Source: Armatimonadota bacterium (GTDB lineage Bacteria; Armatimonadota; HRBIN16). From it: a stretch of DNA of 64,000 nt. Every line of letters starts with the position of its first letter. Position 1 is the stretch's first letter. The notes under the pieces were generated by a model. It saw only the letters and a list, made by a program, of their open reading frames with translations. It did no database searches and was not told where the DNA came from. Position numbers and translations under genes: made by a program. The DNA lies in contig OY781964.1 in the NCBI GenBank assembly GCA_963677485.1, positions 3,360,001 through 3,424,000 on the forward strand, read 5' to 3'. Of the stretch, positions 1 to 9,907 are shown piece by piece.

Positions 1-1871
1 AACGCATGGATGGCTGGAGCGAGCTGTGGCTGGGGTCGCCCTCGGTCGCCTCCTCGCAATTCTACCAGGCAATAGGCAGGTTGGCGGGGGTGCATATCTA
101 TTCCGATGCTGGCAGGGTGGTCAATGCGAACGCCTCGTTCGTGTTTGTGACTGTTCCGAAGGCCTCAGATGAGGTGATCAGGCTGCAGAGTGACCAGCCA
201 GTGTATGACATCCAGAATGACAAAATGCTGCAGCCCGCCAAAGATGGTTCGCTGCATGTGCGTACCGAAGGCCCGACGACTATGGCACTATACCTGGGTA
301 ACCGTGAGAAGCTGAAGCTGCCCGCAAGCCAGTTGCTCACCACCTCCCTAGCCAGGTTGGTGATACGAACCGCTGGAGAGACCTTGCAGGAGCAGCATCT
401 GGATAGCACGACTACTCGCACCATTACTCTGGACACTGGGTCTGGCAGACAACTGGATGTGACCGGTATCACCAAAGAGGGCTACTACTTCTACCGCGAT
501 GAGATGGAAATGCCGCCATTTTGGAGCTCGGACCGTCCCGACGTGGTTACGGTCGATATCCTCGGGTATGTGAAGGCGAATCAGCCCGGAGAGGCGGTCA
601 TCACAGCCTCTGGGGTCGGTAAGTCTGCGACGATCAATCTCTCGGTAAAGGAACAGCCAAGGCAGTCCATCATCCGCGAGGTGACCGATGCAAAAGCGGT
701 ATGGTCGACGTGGTCATCGGCGCATGGTCTGAACACCTTTGCGCTTGGCAAGCCCAACAGCTATGGCACCGCCTCTGTGCTCAAGAGTGCGGTGGGTGAG
801 GATGGGCTGACTCGTCCGGAGGTGGTGCGCTTCCAGCCGTTGGTAAACGGGGAGCAGGTGGGTGTCTCCTTGAATAACGTGCCGGTACCAGCCAAAAGAA
901 GCGTCAAGCTTGTGGCCCGATTCATCTTCCCCGCCAATACCGACCCGAAGAGTGCCGCGACGGTATACATCATCGGCTACGACAAGAAACTAACTGGTGT
1001 GTTGTCCAAGCAGATAGAGGCCAAACCCACCGGCAAGGGCACCACTATAGAGGCCGACCTCTCCGCATATACAGGGCAGGAGCTTCGGCTTGACTTCCTG
1101 GTGCGGCACCAGGATGGGACGCCTGTGGAAGCTTGCCGACTCGACCTGGCTGAAGCCTACATGACATGGGACGATGCCCTTGCGCAAAGATCACACATCG
1201 GCACGGCCTTTACGGAGATGAACCTTAGTGTTGCTACAGGGGCGGAGACGCAGCTCACGGCCGCCCGGAACTACTCCAATGGCAGCTCCGAGCCATGGCA
1301 GCCTGCTCCTGGAGCCGTCTGGGAGAGCAGCCGCCCGAACATCGTGGCAGTAGGCGCTGATGGCCGCATCACCGGGCTCAAGCAGGGCGATGCGAAGATC
1401 ACACTGCTCACCCCCAAGACCTCGGTGGGTGGTCCGTTGATGCTGGAGTGCTTCGTGCATGTTGGTCAGTCGGTCGTTAATGATGCTGTAGTGAAGCCGA
1501 TGGGCTTGATTGCCTCGAAGCCGTATGTGCTGCTTCAACCCGGCCAAGCATTTCACACGGAGCTGCGCGAAATCACGAACCGCGGGTATTTTCGGTACCC
1601 ATCGGCATCCGTGAGATACACGGTTAAGCAGGGCCATGCGGTGACGGTGTCAGCCGATGGCTTGGTCAAAGCACTGCAGTCCGGGTTGGCGATCATTCAA
1701 GCTGATATGGGGATCCATCGCACGGAATACCTGGTGGAAGTGCGCAAGCCAGGGCAACGGTTGACGTGGGAAGCGCCGTTCATGTGGTCCATATTCGAGC
1801 GTATGCCCGATTACGACTACAGCAAGATTCTCGCTTACCGGTATTCGGGTTTGCGGCTGGCTGAAGACTGA
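1..1871 (+). CDS. 5'-truncated large protein: probable glycoside hydrolase C-terminal region followed by bacterial Ig-like (Big_2) domains
   Basis: The frame is open to the window edge. It has repeated Big_2-type motifs (WSSDRPDVVTVD..G.V.A..PGEAVITA; WESSRPNIVAVGADGRITGLKQGDAKITL). The N-terminal 'LAGVHIYSD' segment resembles beta-galactosidase-like C-termini. Confidence 0.6.
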   Translation, partial: RMDGWSELWLGSPSVASSQFYQAIGRLAGVHIYSDAGRVVNANASFVFVTVPKASDEVIRLQSDQPVYDIQNDKMLQPAKDGSLHVRTEGPTTMALYLGNREKLKLPASQLLTTSLARLVIRTAGETLQEQHLDSTTTRTITLDTGSGRQLDVTGITKEGYYFYRDEMEMPPFWSSDRPDVVTVDILGYVKANQPGEAVITASGVGKSATINLSVKEQPRQSIIREVTDAKAVWSTWSSAHGLNTFALGKPNSYGTASVLKSAVGEDGLTRPEVVRFQPLVNGEQVGVSLNNVPVPAKRSVKLVARFIFPANTDPKSAATVYIIGYDKKLTGVLSKQIEAKPTGKGTTIEADLSAYTGQELRLDFLVRHQDGTPVEACRLDLAEAYMTWDDALAQRSHIGTAFTEMNLSVATGAETQLTAARNYSNGSSEPWQPAPGAVWESSRPNIVAVGADGRITGLKQGDAKITLLTPKTSVGGPLMLECFVHVGQSVVNDAVVKPMGLIASKPYVLLQPGQAFHTELREITNRGYFRYPSASVRYTVKQGHAVTVSADGLVKALQSGLAIIQADMGIHRTEYLVEVRKPGQRLTWEAPFMWSIFERMPDYDYSKILAYRYSGLRLAED

Positions 1872-1880
1872 ACATCGTGT

Positions 1881-1909
1881 TTGACATCGAAATGGCGTCA
1901 GGATAGACT
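1881..1909 (+). promoter_or_regulatory. sigma70-type promoter
   Basis: TTGACA (1881-1886), 17-nt spacer, TAGACT (1904-1909), about 50 nt upstream of the GH20 start. Confidence 0.7.
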
Positions 1910-1957
1910 ACAGACAAGCGGTTCGTCGAAACCAAACTGCCGTGTTTGAGGATATAG

Positions 1958-3898
1958 ATGATTTCATGCTCCTTCGTTCGTCAGGCCCTGCTCGCGGCTG
2001 TGGGCATTTTGACGGCTGCCGTCGTCGCACCTGTGTCTGCTGGAGATAATGGATTGATAGACATCATACCGAAACCTGTGAAAGCCGAGTTGCATCAAGG
2101 CCGCTTCGAGCTCAAGCCGACCACCGTGATCAGCACGGCCAGTTCATCACGAAAGGCAAAGGCGGTGGCTGAGCTGCTGGCCGAAGCTTTCCGGCCACCT
2201 ACTGGCTATCCAATGAAGCTGGTGGTGGGAGGCAACCCGACCTCTGATGCCATCGTGCTCAGCCTCTCTGGTGCCGATAAGTCTCTAGGACCAGAGGGTT
2301 ATCAGCTTGTGGTCACACCGAAGCTGGTGACCATCAAGGCCAAGGACGCCAGAGGGCTGTTCTATGGTGTCCAGAGTTTACGGCAGCTTCTGCCCGCCCA
2401 GGTCGAGAACCCCGAGCTGGTCAAAGGCGTCACCTGGAGTGTGCCGTGTGTGAGCATCAGCGATACCCCGCGCTTCTCCTGGCGCGGCTTGATGCTGGAC
2501 ACCAGTCGCACATTTCAGCCGTTGAACTATCTGAAGCGTCAGATCGATCTGATGGCTCTCTACAAGCTGAACGTGCTGCATTTGCATCTGACGGACGACC
2601 AGGGCTGGCGGATAGAGATCAAGAAATATCCGAGGCTGACCACGGTTGGAAGCAAGTTCGATGTGCGCTATAACCAGTTTGGCGGTTACTACACACAGAA
2701 CGATATCAAAGAGTTGGTGAAATACGCGGCCAGCCGTAATGTGATGATTGTGCCCGAAATTGAGATGCCCGGTCATAGTGCGGCGGCGGTACGCGCCTAT
2801 CCATGGCTCTCCTGCAAGGGTGTGACGCCTGTGATCTTCCCCTTCATGGAGGGGCTGGTGCCAGGACTACAGCCGGATGTGTTCTGCCCAGGTCAGGATC
2901 GCACAATTCAATTCCTTGAGGATGTGCTGGCTGAGGTGGCGGAGCTGTTTCCGTCGCCCTTTATTCATATCGGCGGCGACGAGGTTGACAAAACCCGCTG
3001 GCGCGAATGTCCGCACTGCCAGGCCCGAATTAAGGCCGAAAAGCTGAAAGATGAGTTTGAGCTTCAGAGCTACTTCGTTAAGCGGATAGAGCAGTTCTTG
3101 ATCACTAAGCACAAAAGACTGATGGGCTGGGACGAGATTATGGAGGGCGGTTTGGCCCCTAATGCCGCCGTGATGTCCTGGCGCAGTATCGATTTTGGGA
3201 TGAAGGCGATAGATGAGGGGCATGATGTGGTGTTCACCCCGGTGCAGTATGGCTATTTCGACTACACCAACGCGTCTTTCAACACCGAAAATGTCTATTC
3301 GTATGAACCTGTGGGTGCTGCGATCAGCAGCAAGCAGGCGAAGCATGTTCTGGGTGCTCAAGCAAGCCTGTGGACTCACATGGCGCGTGGCGAAGACACC
3401 AGCAATCTGCAGCTGTTTCCCCGTCTGATCGCCATGGCTGAGGTCGTCTGGTCGGCACGAGAAGCCCGCAATCTCGCGGATTTTAAGGCGCGTTTAGAAC
3501 ACCATTTCCCGCGGCTCGATGAGCTTCAGGTGGCTTACAGCAGGGTCAGTTACGGCGTTGAGGTTGGTGCGTGGGATGAGAAAACCATCAAGTCCGAGTA
3601 TCAAACCAGTGAGTGGGATATCAGTTCGAATGTCGATTCGTCTGGCGTTATACTGGTGAGACCAGAGTATCGTTGGGAACGTCCCTTGACTGCTGAGTGG
3701 GTGGCTTTGCTGGAGGATGGCAGGGAGTTGGTGCGTGATACCCACGCAGGCTACACCGGACCTGACGGTGATCGGAATAACGTCTACCGATTACCGTTGA
3801 GTGATTGGAAGCCTGGGGCGAAGTATACAGTAAGGGCGAGTGTGCGTGGAGAGGGTGGGACCAACTCAAGCGGCGTGATACTTCTTGATAAGGAATAG
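1958..3898 (+). CDS. beta-N-acetylhexosaminidase, GH20, secreted
   Basis: Signal peptide; RGLMLDTSR, HLHLTDDQGWR, VPEIEMPGH and catalytic HIGGDEV motifs; extra C-terminal beta domain. Confidence 0.93.
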   Translation: MISCSFVRQALLAAVGILTAAVVAPVSAGDNGLIDIIPKPVKAELHQGRFELKPTTVISTASSSRKAKAVAELLAEAFRPPTGYPMKLVVGGNPTSDAIVLSLSGADKSLGPEGYQLVVTPKLVTIKAKDARGLFYGVQSLRQLLPAQVENPELVKGVTWSVPCVSISDTPRFSWRGLMLDTSRTFQPLNYLKRQIDLMALYKLNVLHLHLTDDQGWRIEIKKYPRLTTVGSKFDVRYNQFGGYYTQNDIKELVKYAASRNVMIVPEIEMPGHSAAAVRAYPWLSCKGVTPVIFPFMEGLVPGLQPDVFCPGQDRTIQFLEDVLAEVAELFPSPFIHIGGDEVDKTRWRECPHCQARIKAEKLKDEFELQSYFVKRIEQFLITKHKRLMGWDEIMEGGLAPNAAVMSWRSIDFGMKAIDEGHDVVFTPVQYGYFDYTNASFNTENVYSYEPVGAAISSKQAKHVLGAQASLWTHMARGEDTSNLQLFPRLIAMAEVVWSAREARNLADFKARLEHHFPRLDELQVAYSRVSYGVEVGAWDEKTIKSEYQTSEWDISSNVDSSGVILVRPEYRWERPLTAEWVALLEDGRELVRDTHAGYTGPDGDRNNVYRLPLSDWKPGAKYTVRASVRGEGGTNSSGVILLDKE

Positions 3899-3978
3899 CC
3901 TGAGCTGAAGCCAACACCAGGTGACAGTATATGAGACTGTTGCGTGGCCCGTATCGATAAACGAAAGCTGAGAGACAA

Positions 3979-5007
3979 ATGGCAAAACGAATAGATCACG
4001 TAGGGATCTGGACCTGGGGCGGACGAGTCTACAACTGGAAAAGGTTCATCGACAACATGCAGGCCGCGCGAATGGACACCGCGGTGTTCTGGCACACCGA
4101 TAAACCGACACCGGCGGCCGCCGAGATACAGAGGTATGCCCGTGAGCGTGGTGTTTCCATGCTGTGGGGCTTCAACTGGAGCTGGAACAGCCCGGTCTGT
4201 CTGAACAGCCGCGAGGATGCGCAGAAATGGGCGAAGATCGTCACGGAGCTGATTGACGAGCACTATGCGCCGCTGAACTGCGATGGTATCGTGTTTCAAG
4301 TGGGCGGCACTGAGCTGACCTCCACATGCCGCCTGGATTGCGAGGTATGTAAACATGCTTATGCCACCGGCATCGGGCCGCTGTATGTGAAGTTCGCGGG
4401 TCACATCATGGACGCTGTGCGTGCGAAACATCCCAAACTGAAGCTGTTGGCGAACATCCACGCCGGAGCCACGCGTGAGAGCTATACCGCACTGAGCGCC
4501 ATTGACCCCGCGGTGAATATCATGTGGGAGGACATTCCAGGCCCGGGTTGGAACATCCGCGTGCCGTTTGCGTATGATTGGGCGCCAGAAACCAGCGATC
4601 TCGACACCGCCACCATGACCATGGTTCGTAAGACGGCGTCACTGCGAGGCAGCCAGGAGGATGTGGCCTACATCCTGAAGGGCTTTCCCGCGCACTGGGG
4701 TGGGGATGTGCCCATGCTGATGGAGGAGTTCGAACTGGAGCTGCTGAACCAGCATCGCCAGTCTCACTGGGATGTCGCGTCAGGGTATGTGGAGCGCAAA
4801 CTCGATCAAGCCCTTCGGGTGCTGCGGGTGATCGCGGATTCGCCAGCGAGGCAGAAGACCGTGTTGATGCTGGTGGAGTGCGGTCTTTGGGAGTTGCGAC
4901 GCCGTTACCCGGTCGAATTAGTAGTGGAGGGTTGCAAGAACCCTTACCGCGAACCTGAAGAGGTGATCGCCGCCACCGTGGCCCGGCTTGGTGGTAAACC
5001 CGTGTGA
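3979..5007 (+). CDS. hypothetical protein, possible glycoside hydrolase-like TIM barrel
   Basis: 342-aa ORF with alternating beta/alpha pattern, DGIVFQ strand and a CRLDCEVC Cys cluster; co-oriented with GH genes. Confidence 0.5.
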   Translation: MAKRIDHVGIWTWGGRVYNWKRFIDNMQAARMDTAVFWHTDKPTPAAAEIQRYARERGVSMLWGFNWSWNSPVCLNSREDAQKWAKIVTELIDEHYAPLNCDGIVFQVGGTELTSTCRLDCEVCKHAYATGIGPLYVKFAGHIMDAVRAKHPKLKLLANIHAGATRESYTALSAIDPAVNIMWEDIPGPGWNIRVPFAYDWAPETSDLDTATMTMVRKTASLRGSQEDVAYILKGFPAHWGGDVPMLMEEFELELLNQHRQSHWDVASGYVERKLDQALRVLRVIADSPARQKTVLMLVECGLWELRRRYPVELVVEGCKNPYREPEEVIAATVARLGGKPV

Positions 5008-5040
5008 ATGGCAGACCCGAGAAGGCGGTATCGCAAATAA

Positions 5041-5074
5041 CGTCCTACTCGTCTTACTCATCCTACCCGTCCTA
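5041..5074 (+). repeat. 9-bp triplet module C (CGTCCTACT-like, about 3.7 copies)
   Basis: cgtcctact cgtcttact catcctacc cgtccta; 29/34 identical to the reverse complement of 16750-16783. Confidence 0.75.
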
Positions 5075-5105
5075 AAAACAATGTGCCTGAAAAAAGGGAA
5101 TAACA

Positions 5106-6002
5106 ATGGACACCACAAAACCGAAACTATACCCGCGACTGATCGGCCCATGGAAAACCGCCCGGCCGATTGTGGCCAACGGCGAATGGCACAGCGACAT
5201 GTGCATGATTGAGGATAAGCTGGGACGATGGCACTGCATCGGCATCAGCCAGCCCGACTCCAGCATGTTCCATGCGGTGGGGAGCCGGCTGGAAAGCCAG
5301 TATAAATACCTGCCACGCATCAGTTGTGATGACCCGTTGATCGACCACATGTGGGCACCATTTGCGATATGGAAAGACAAGAACACCGCCTATCTGTATT
5401 ACTCTCACATGAGCAAGGTCTCGCAGAGCATCCGGTTGTTCGTGTCCCATGACCCGAAACTGGAGAAGTGGGAGCCATACACCGGCCCTGAGCTTCAAGG
5501 CAACCTGGTCTTCTCCGAGGAGGGTGACCGCGACGCCTGTGTGTTCTACGATAAGGCCGAGAAGTGCTACCTGATGTACTATGCCAGCACCGGGCCGATC
5601 AAAGTGCGCAAGTCGCTCGATCTGTTGAAGTGGTCGGAGCCTATTGTTGTCATAGGAAACATGCCAGAGCCATATAAGTGCGGGGAGTCGCCGTTTGTGA
5701 TCAAGAAGGACGACTGGTACTACTTGTTCGTCAGCGGCTTTGATTACGGCCGTGTCTCCGTGTATGCCAGCAAGAGCCCGTACCACTTCGGTGATTCCAC
5801 CGTCGACCGGTTGTATGAGATCAGCGGTCATGCTCCCGAGATGGTGAGGGCGGGGCGGAATGACTTCGTGGTCTGCGCGGCCGTTCATAGCCGTATCGGC
5901 GGTTTACCGGGCGAGAGCGACCTGAACAGCGTCTACCTGCAGAAGCTGGAGTGGGTCAGCTGGGATAAGGCCCTGGCTGCGTCTTTGCAGGTGAAGCCGT
6001 AG
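5106..6002 (+). CDS. five-bladed beta-propeller glycoside hydrolase (GH32/GH43-like)
   Basis: MWAPF, RDACVF and GESPFV motifs typical of clan GH-J/GH-F propellers. Confidence 0.75.
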   Translation: MDTTKPKLYPRLIGPWKTARPIVANGEWHSDMCMIEDKLGRWHCIGISQPDSSMFHAVGSRLESQYKYLPRISCDDPLIDHMWAPFAIWKDKNTAYLYYSHMSKVSQSIRLFVSHDPKLEKWEPYTGPELQGNLVFSEEGDRDACVFYDKAEKCYLMYYASTGPIKVRKSLDLLKWSEPIVVIGNMPEPYKCGESPFVIKKDDWYYLFVSGFDYGRVSVYASKSPYHFGDSTVDRLYEISGHAPEMVRAGRNDFVVCAAVHSRIGGLPGESDLNSVYLQKLEWVSWDKALAASLQVKP

Positions 6003-6073
6003 GGGTGGAGTGCTATCTTCGCCCATACATACAAAATTGGGGTCGTGCGTCAAGAATCTGGACATTCGACCGT

Positions 6074-6191
6074 GCCACGCGCTAAAGCACATGGCTATTG
6101 ACTAGCCAAGCCTGCTGAAGCAGGCTCTGATCGTCAGGCCAGACTGCTTCAGCAGTCTTCATAGTCAATAGCCGAGACATTTATGTCGCGG
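6074..6191. repeat. REP/BIME-like composite palindrome
   Basis: Inverted arms ggctattgacta (6093-6104) / tagtcaatagcc (6162-6173) enclose palindromes agcctgctgaagcaggct and agactgcttcagcagtct. Its ends recur at 12376-12390, 12698-12717 and 20727-20745. Confidence 0.8.
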
Positions 6192-6318
6192 AATCGGCGG
6201 AAAATGGCTTATCTGACACACAGGGCTATCGTTCAGGGGCGAAGGCAATGCGGTATCTATACAGAAACGGCACCATGTCGCAGGTTACGGCAGATCATGA
6301 CGACACAAGGAGATATCA

Positions 6319-8532
6319 ATGAACAGCAGACTGGCAGATTACCGAGATCAAGCGGTCGCACGAGCAAGAATGCCGCACGAAAGCCCGAAAGAACGAAACT
6401 GGACCAGGGCGTTATTTGAACACTATGCCGACATGCCTCTGGCGGAGCGGCAGGCATGTTCGATGGCGTATGCACTTGCGAACGAACCCGTCTACGTGTT
6501 CCCGCTGGAAAGGCTGGCTGGGCAGATATATCAAGCCTGCCAAGGAGCGGATTCGCCGGAACTCAGCGGGTCCAGCGCCGACCTAAGGTGGGCCGAGTTT
6601 ACAGTATGCGACAACTACCGCGTGGCGGTGGACCATGCCTTTACGGACTCCGATCCCACCGATCGGCATTTTGGCAATATGGCGGGGCCGGGCCACGTGA
6701 CATGGGACTTCGGCAAAATGCTTCACTTGGGAGTGGAGGGGATGCTAAGTGAGATCGCCCAGCGGCATATCGATCACGAAGCAGATGCCAAAGCCGTGGA
6801 GTTCTATGACTGCGCGTCGATTGTTCTAGAGGGTTTCATGGTCTGGGTCAAGCGGCACGTGGAGACGTTGAGGGCGATGGCGGCGGATGAGTCGGATGAC
6901 CTGCGGCGGGCGGAGCTGTTGGATATGGCCGCGGTCTGCGGACGCGTTCCTGCCAAGCCCGCCAGCACATTCCGCGAAGCGGTTCAGAGCTTCTTGCTGC
7001 AGCATCTGGCGGTGATGTTTGAAAACCCATTTGGCGGTAACGGACCGGGAAGGCTAGACTGGTATTTGTGGCCATATCTCGAAGCCGATCTCGAGGCCGG
7101 TCGGATGTCTATGGATGAAGCCCGCGAGCTCGTGACGGAGCTCATGATCAAGCTGGACGAGAGGATTCACGATGCCGACGGATGGGTTGAGGCCGTCATG
7201 GTCGGCGGGAGGAACCCCGATGGCAGCATCGCCGTCAACCCGTTGTCATATATGATCGTGGAAGCGATGATTGAGCTCAAGAACACCCATCCATCGGTCT
7301 ACATGCGGGTTCCAGACGATTCGCCTAAGCCATTCCTCGATCTGGCCGCGCGCTACATGATCGAATCCGAGAACCGCGGCCAGGTGTACGGCGACGATGC
7401 CATCATCCGTGCGCTGGTGGAGGACGGTACCGAGATCGAGGACGCCAGACACTGGGCGGCCGGCGGGTGTATGGAAGTGGGCGTGCAGGGAGCGAGTGGT
7501 GATCTGCTTTTTGCTTTCGCCTTCAACGTGGCGCAGACCCTCGAATTGGTGCTTAACGGCGGGAAGCGGCTTGGCTCGGAGATCGCCATGGCCCCCATCA
7601 CGAAAACGCTTGGTGACTATGCGTCATTCGACGAGTTGTATGACGCCTTCCTGTCAGAGCTCAACCGGGAAGTGGCCATTTTGATGCGGCACCTCGATAT
7701 ATCGCTGGGGTGCTACGCGAAATACCGGCCCGCGTTCTTGTTGTCGACCATGGTCAATGATTGCCTCAGCAAGGGCCGGGCGATTAACGATGGTGGTGCA
7801 CGCTACCCACACTACGGAGGCTCCGGTGTGGGCATTCCGAACGTGGGCGACAGTCTGTATGCTATCAAGAGGGCAGTGTTTGATGATCAGAAATACACTG
7901 GTGCGGAGATGCTGGCGGCCCTCCAGGCGAACTATCAAGGCTTCTCGGAGATGCACACCTGCCTGAGGAACCTGCCCAAGTACGGGTGTGGATCGAACGA
8001 AGAGGTTGTCCGGCTGGTCGACCGCGTGCTGCTGGACTTCACTCATAACCTGAAGAATCACGTCAATCCTGAGGGTGGTCACTGCCGACCGATTATCCTG
8101 GGATTTGTGTGGGTGGTCAGTTTCGGGCTTGAGACTGGGGCGATGGCTGACGGACGGACCGCAGGAGCTCCGTTGGCTCATGGGCTTTCGCCACAGTGCG
8201 GCTCCGCCACAAATGGGATCACAGCATCAATCGGTGATGCCACCAGCCTGTCGCTGAACGAGATTGCGGGCGGCGCATCCATGATGTGGGACATCGATCA
8301 TACCTGGGCCAAGCCAAACATTGTGCGTCCGGTTCTGGAGACGTACATCAACGAGGGCGGGCACATTTTCCAGGGCAACATAATGTCTGTGGATAGGCTG
8401 ATCGAAGCGCAGAAGCATCCAGACGCCCATCGTGACCTGATGGTTCGAGTCGGCGGATATTCTGCCCGGTTCTGCACACTGTCGAAGGAGAGTCAGGACG
8501 AGATCATCAGCCGGCGCAAGTATTCGGGCTGA
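6319..8532 (+). CDS. glycyl radical enzyme (PFL-like family), substrate unknown
   Basis: C-terminal glycyl radical motif LMVRVGGYSARF; active-site GGCME; GRLDWYLWPY and GAMADGR motifs; RBS AAGGAG. Confidence 0.92.
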   Translation: MNSRLADYRDQAVARARMPHESPKERNWTRALFEHYADMPLAERQACSMAYALANEPVYVFPLERLAGQIYQACQGADSPELSGSSADLRWAEFTVCDNYRVAVDHAFTDSDPTDRHFGNMAGPGHVTWDFGKMLHLGVEGMLSEIAQRHIDHEADAKAVEFYDCASIVLEGFMVWVKRHVETLRAMAADESDDLRRAELLDMAAVCGRVPAKPASTFREAVQSFLLQHLAVMFENPFGGNGPGRLDWYLWPYLEADLEAGRMSMDEARELVTELMIKLDERIHDADGWVEAVMVGGRNPDGSIAVNPLSYMIVEAMIELKNTHPSVYMRVPDDSPKPFLDLAARYMIESENRGQVYGDDAIIRALVEDGTEIEDARHWAAGGCMEVGVQGASGDLLFAFAFNVAQTLELVLNGGKRLGSEIAMAPITKTLGDYASFDELYDAFLSELNREVAILMRHLDISLGCYAKYRPAFLLSTMVNDCLSKGRAINDGGARYPHYGGSGVGIPNVGDSLYAIKRAVFDDQKYTGAEMLAALQANYQGFSEMHTCLRNLPKYGCGSNEEVVRLVDRVLLDFTHNLKNHVNPEGGHCRPIILGFVWVVSFGLETGAMADGRTAGAPLAHGLSPQCGSATNGITASIGDATSLSLNEIAGGASMMWDIDHTWAKPNIVRPVLETYINEGGHIFQGNIMSVDRLIEAQKHPDAHRDLMVRVGGYSARFCTLSKESQDEIISRRKYSG

Positions 8533-8549
8533 TCGGAACCGCGCCACAC

Positions 8550-8575
8550 TAGGGGCAACCCCCCGTGGTTGCCCT
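8550..8575. repeat. REP-like hairpin between convergent genes
   Basis: taggggcaacc-cccc-gtggttgccct; resembles the GTAG-type REPs elsewhere in the window. Confidence 0.6.
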
Positions 8576-8592
8576 CTTCTGCGGTACGCCCG

Positions 8593-9723
8593 CTATTTCC
8601 TGGCTTCGCGGATCACCCTCAGCAGCTCCGGCTTCCATCGTCCGTCCAGCGTGCGAAGGCCGGTCGATGAATCTACGGTATCCTGGTAGGCCCACATCCA
8701 CCAGCCAGCGAACCGGTACTGAGCGCACTTCGCCATGTGCCACTTCAGCATCTCCGAGCCGCTCTTTCCGTCGTCCTTGATGATTGTGTCACGTAACTCG
8801 CTCTGATGCCCATCGCCCTTGAGGTCGGTAGACAGAATGCGGGTCGCACTGCCTGGCCCCAGTATGTTGATGATCGCCTTGAGGTAGTTGAAGCCGTCTG
8901 ACGCAGGATCGCAATACGGGTAGGTTGACATCACCCAGTAATCGGGCGGCAATTTCAAATCATCGACGATCCATCTCTTCAGATTGGTGAATCCGCCCAG
9001 GCGATCCAGCGGCCGTTGTCTATTCCAATACTCATTGCTGGCGAAGATCGGCAGTAGAATAGGGGCCGCTATTGGGCGTCGCCCAGCAGACAGGAACACA
9101 GGCCATACAGCCTTGATAAAACGCTCCGTCCATGTAATGATAGTCGGTCGGCCGTCGTCGTTCCACAGCACCGGTTCCGCGCCACCCCATGTGTAGTTGC
9201 CCATCATACACCACATCGCGATGCTTTCCGGGTGCCTGGTATGTGCTTCTACATACTCAATCACCTGCTTATACCAGCCAGCAGCCTCATCCCAGGGGGT
9301 TTCGTCTGCTACCGGCCACCATGGCCCTTCGGGTTTACCGATGTGGTTCGCGGAGTCCACGGAGTAAGGGATCCAACGGTTATCCGCCAGATCCAGCTCC
9401 ACAGAAAGACCCGCATCATGGCAATCATCTACGAATGCCGCCACATTATTGAGGAAGCTGGTGTTGGCCCATTGGTCTACCGATTCACCCACGCGGTTAC
9501 CCACGGCTGGCCTCTTTAGGCTGTTAGGAATCAGCACAAACACGTCGACCAGGTTCATGCCGGTTTTTGCGACCAGCTCCGCTAAGGTGGTGCGAATCCT
9601 GCTGCGGTGATCGGTGTAGAAGAGCAGCCAGGGGTAGTCTTTAGTGGCGAACTGCGGGTTGAAATAGACGCCTCGGAATGAGGGTTTTATCGTCGGCTTG
9701 GCTTTCGGTATGGGCATGTTCAT
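8593..9723 (-). CDS. hypothetical GH-A clan-like TIM barrel protein
   Basis: FRGVYF start strand and FAGWWMWAY end strand resemble GH5-like barrels, but the catalytic positions are atypical (WCMMGNY, ILSTDL). Confidence 0.5.
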   Translation of the reverse strand: MNMPIPKAKPTIKPSFRGVYFNPQFATKDYPWLLFYTDHRSRIRTTLAELVAKTGMNLVDVFVLIPNSLKRPAVGNRVGESVDQWANTSFLNNVAAFVDDCHDAGLSVELDLADNRWIPYSVDSANHIGKPEGPWWPVADETPWDEAAGWYKQVIEYVEAHTRHPESIAMWCMMGNYTWGGAEPVLWNDDGRPTIITWTERFIKAVWPVFLSAGRRPIAAPILLPIFASNEYWNRQRPLDRLGGFTNLKRWIVDDLKLPPDYWVMSTYPYCDPASDGFNYLKAIINILGPGSATRILSTDLKGDGHQSELRDTIIKDDGKSGSEMLKWHMAKCAQYRFAGWWMWAYQDTVDSSTGLRTLDGRWKPELLRVIREARK

Positions 9724-9907
9724 TCACCTTCTATGTTCGTGGGAAGGCCGCTTGAGCTCCATCGTGCTGATCACATTATAACCCTCTGCGCCATGTTGCT
9801 GGTCGCAAACCCGCTTGTCGGTGCAGGTTGGGCCGGATGGTACGTGATAGAATAAATCCGATGGCAATAAGCCCCAGATTCCAAACGCGAAAGAGAGTAA
9901 CGCCCAT

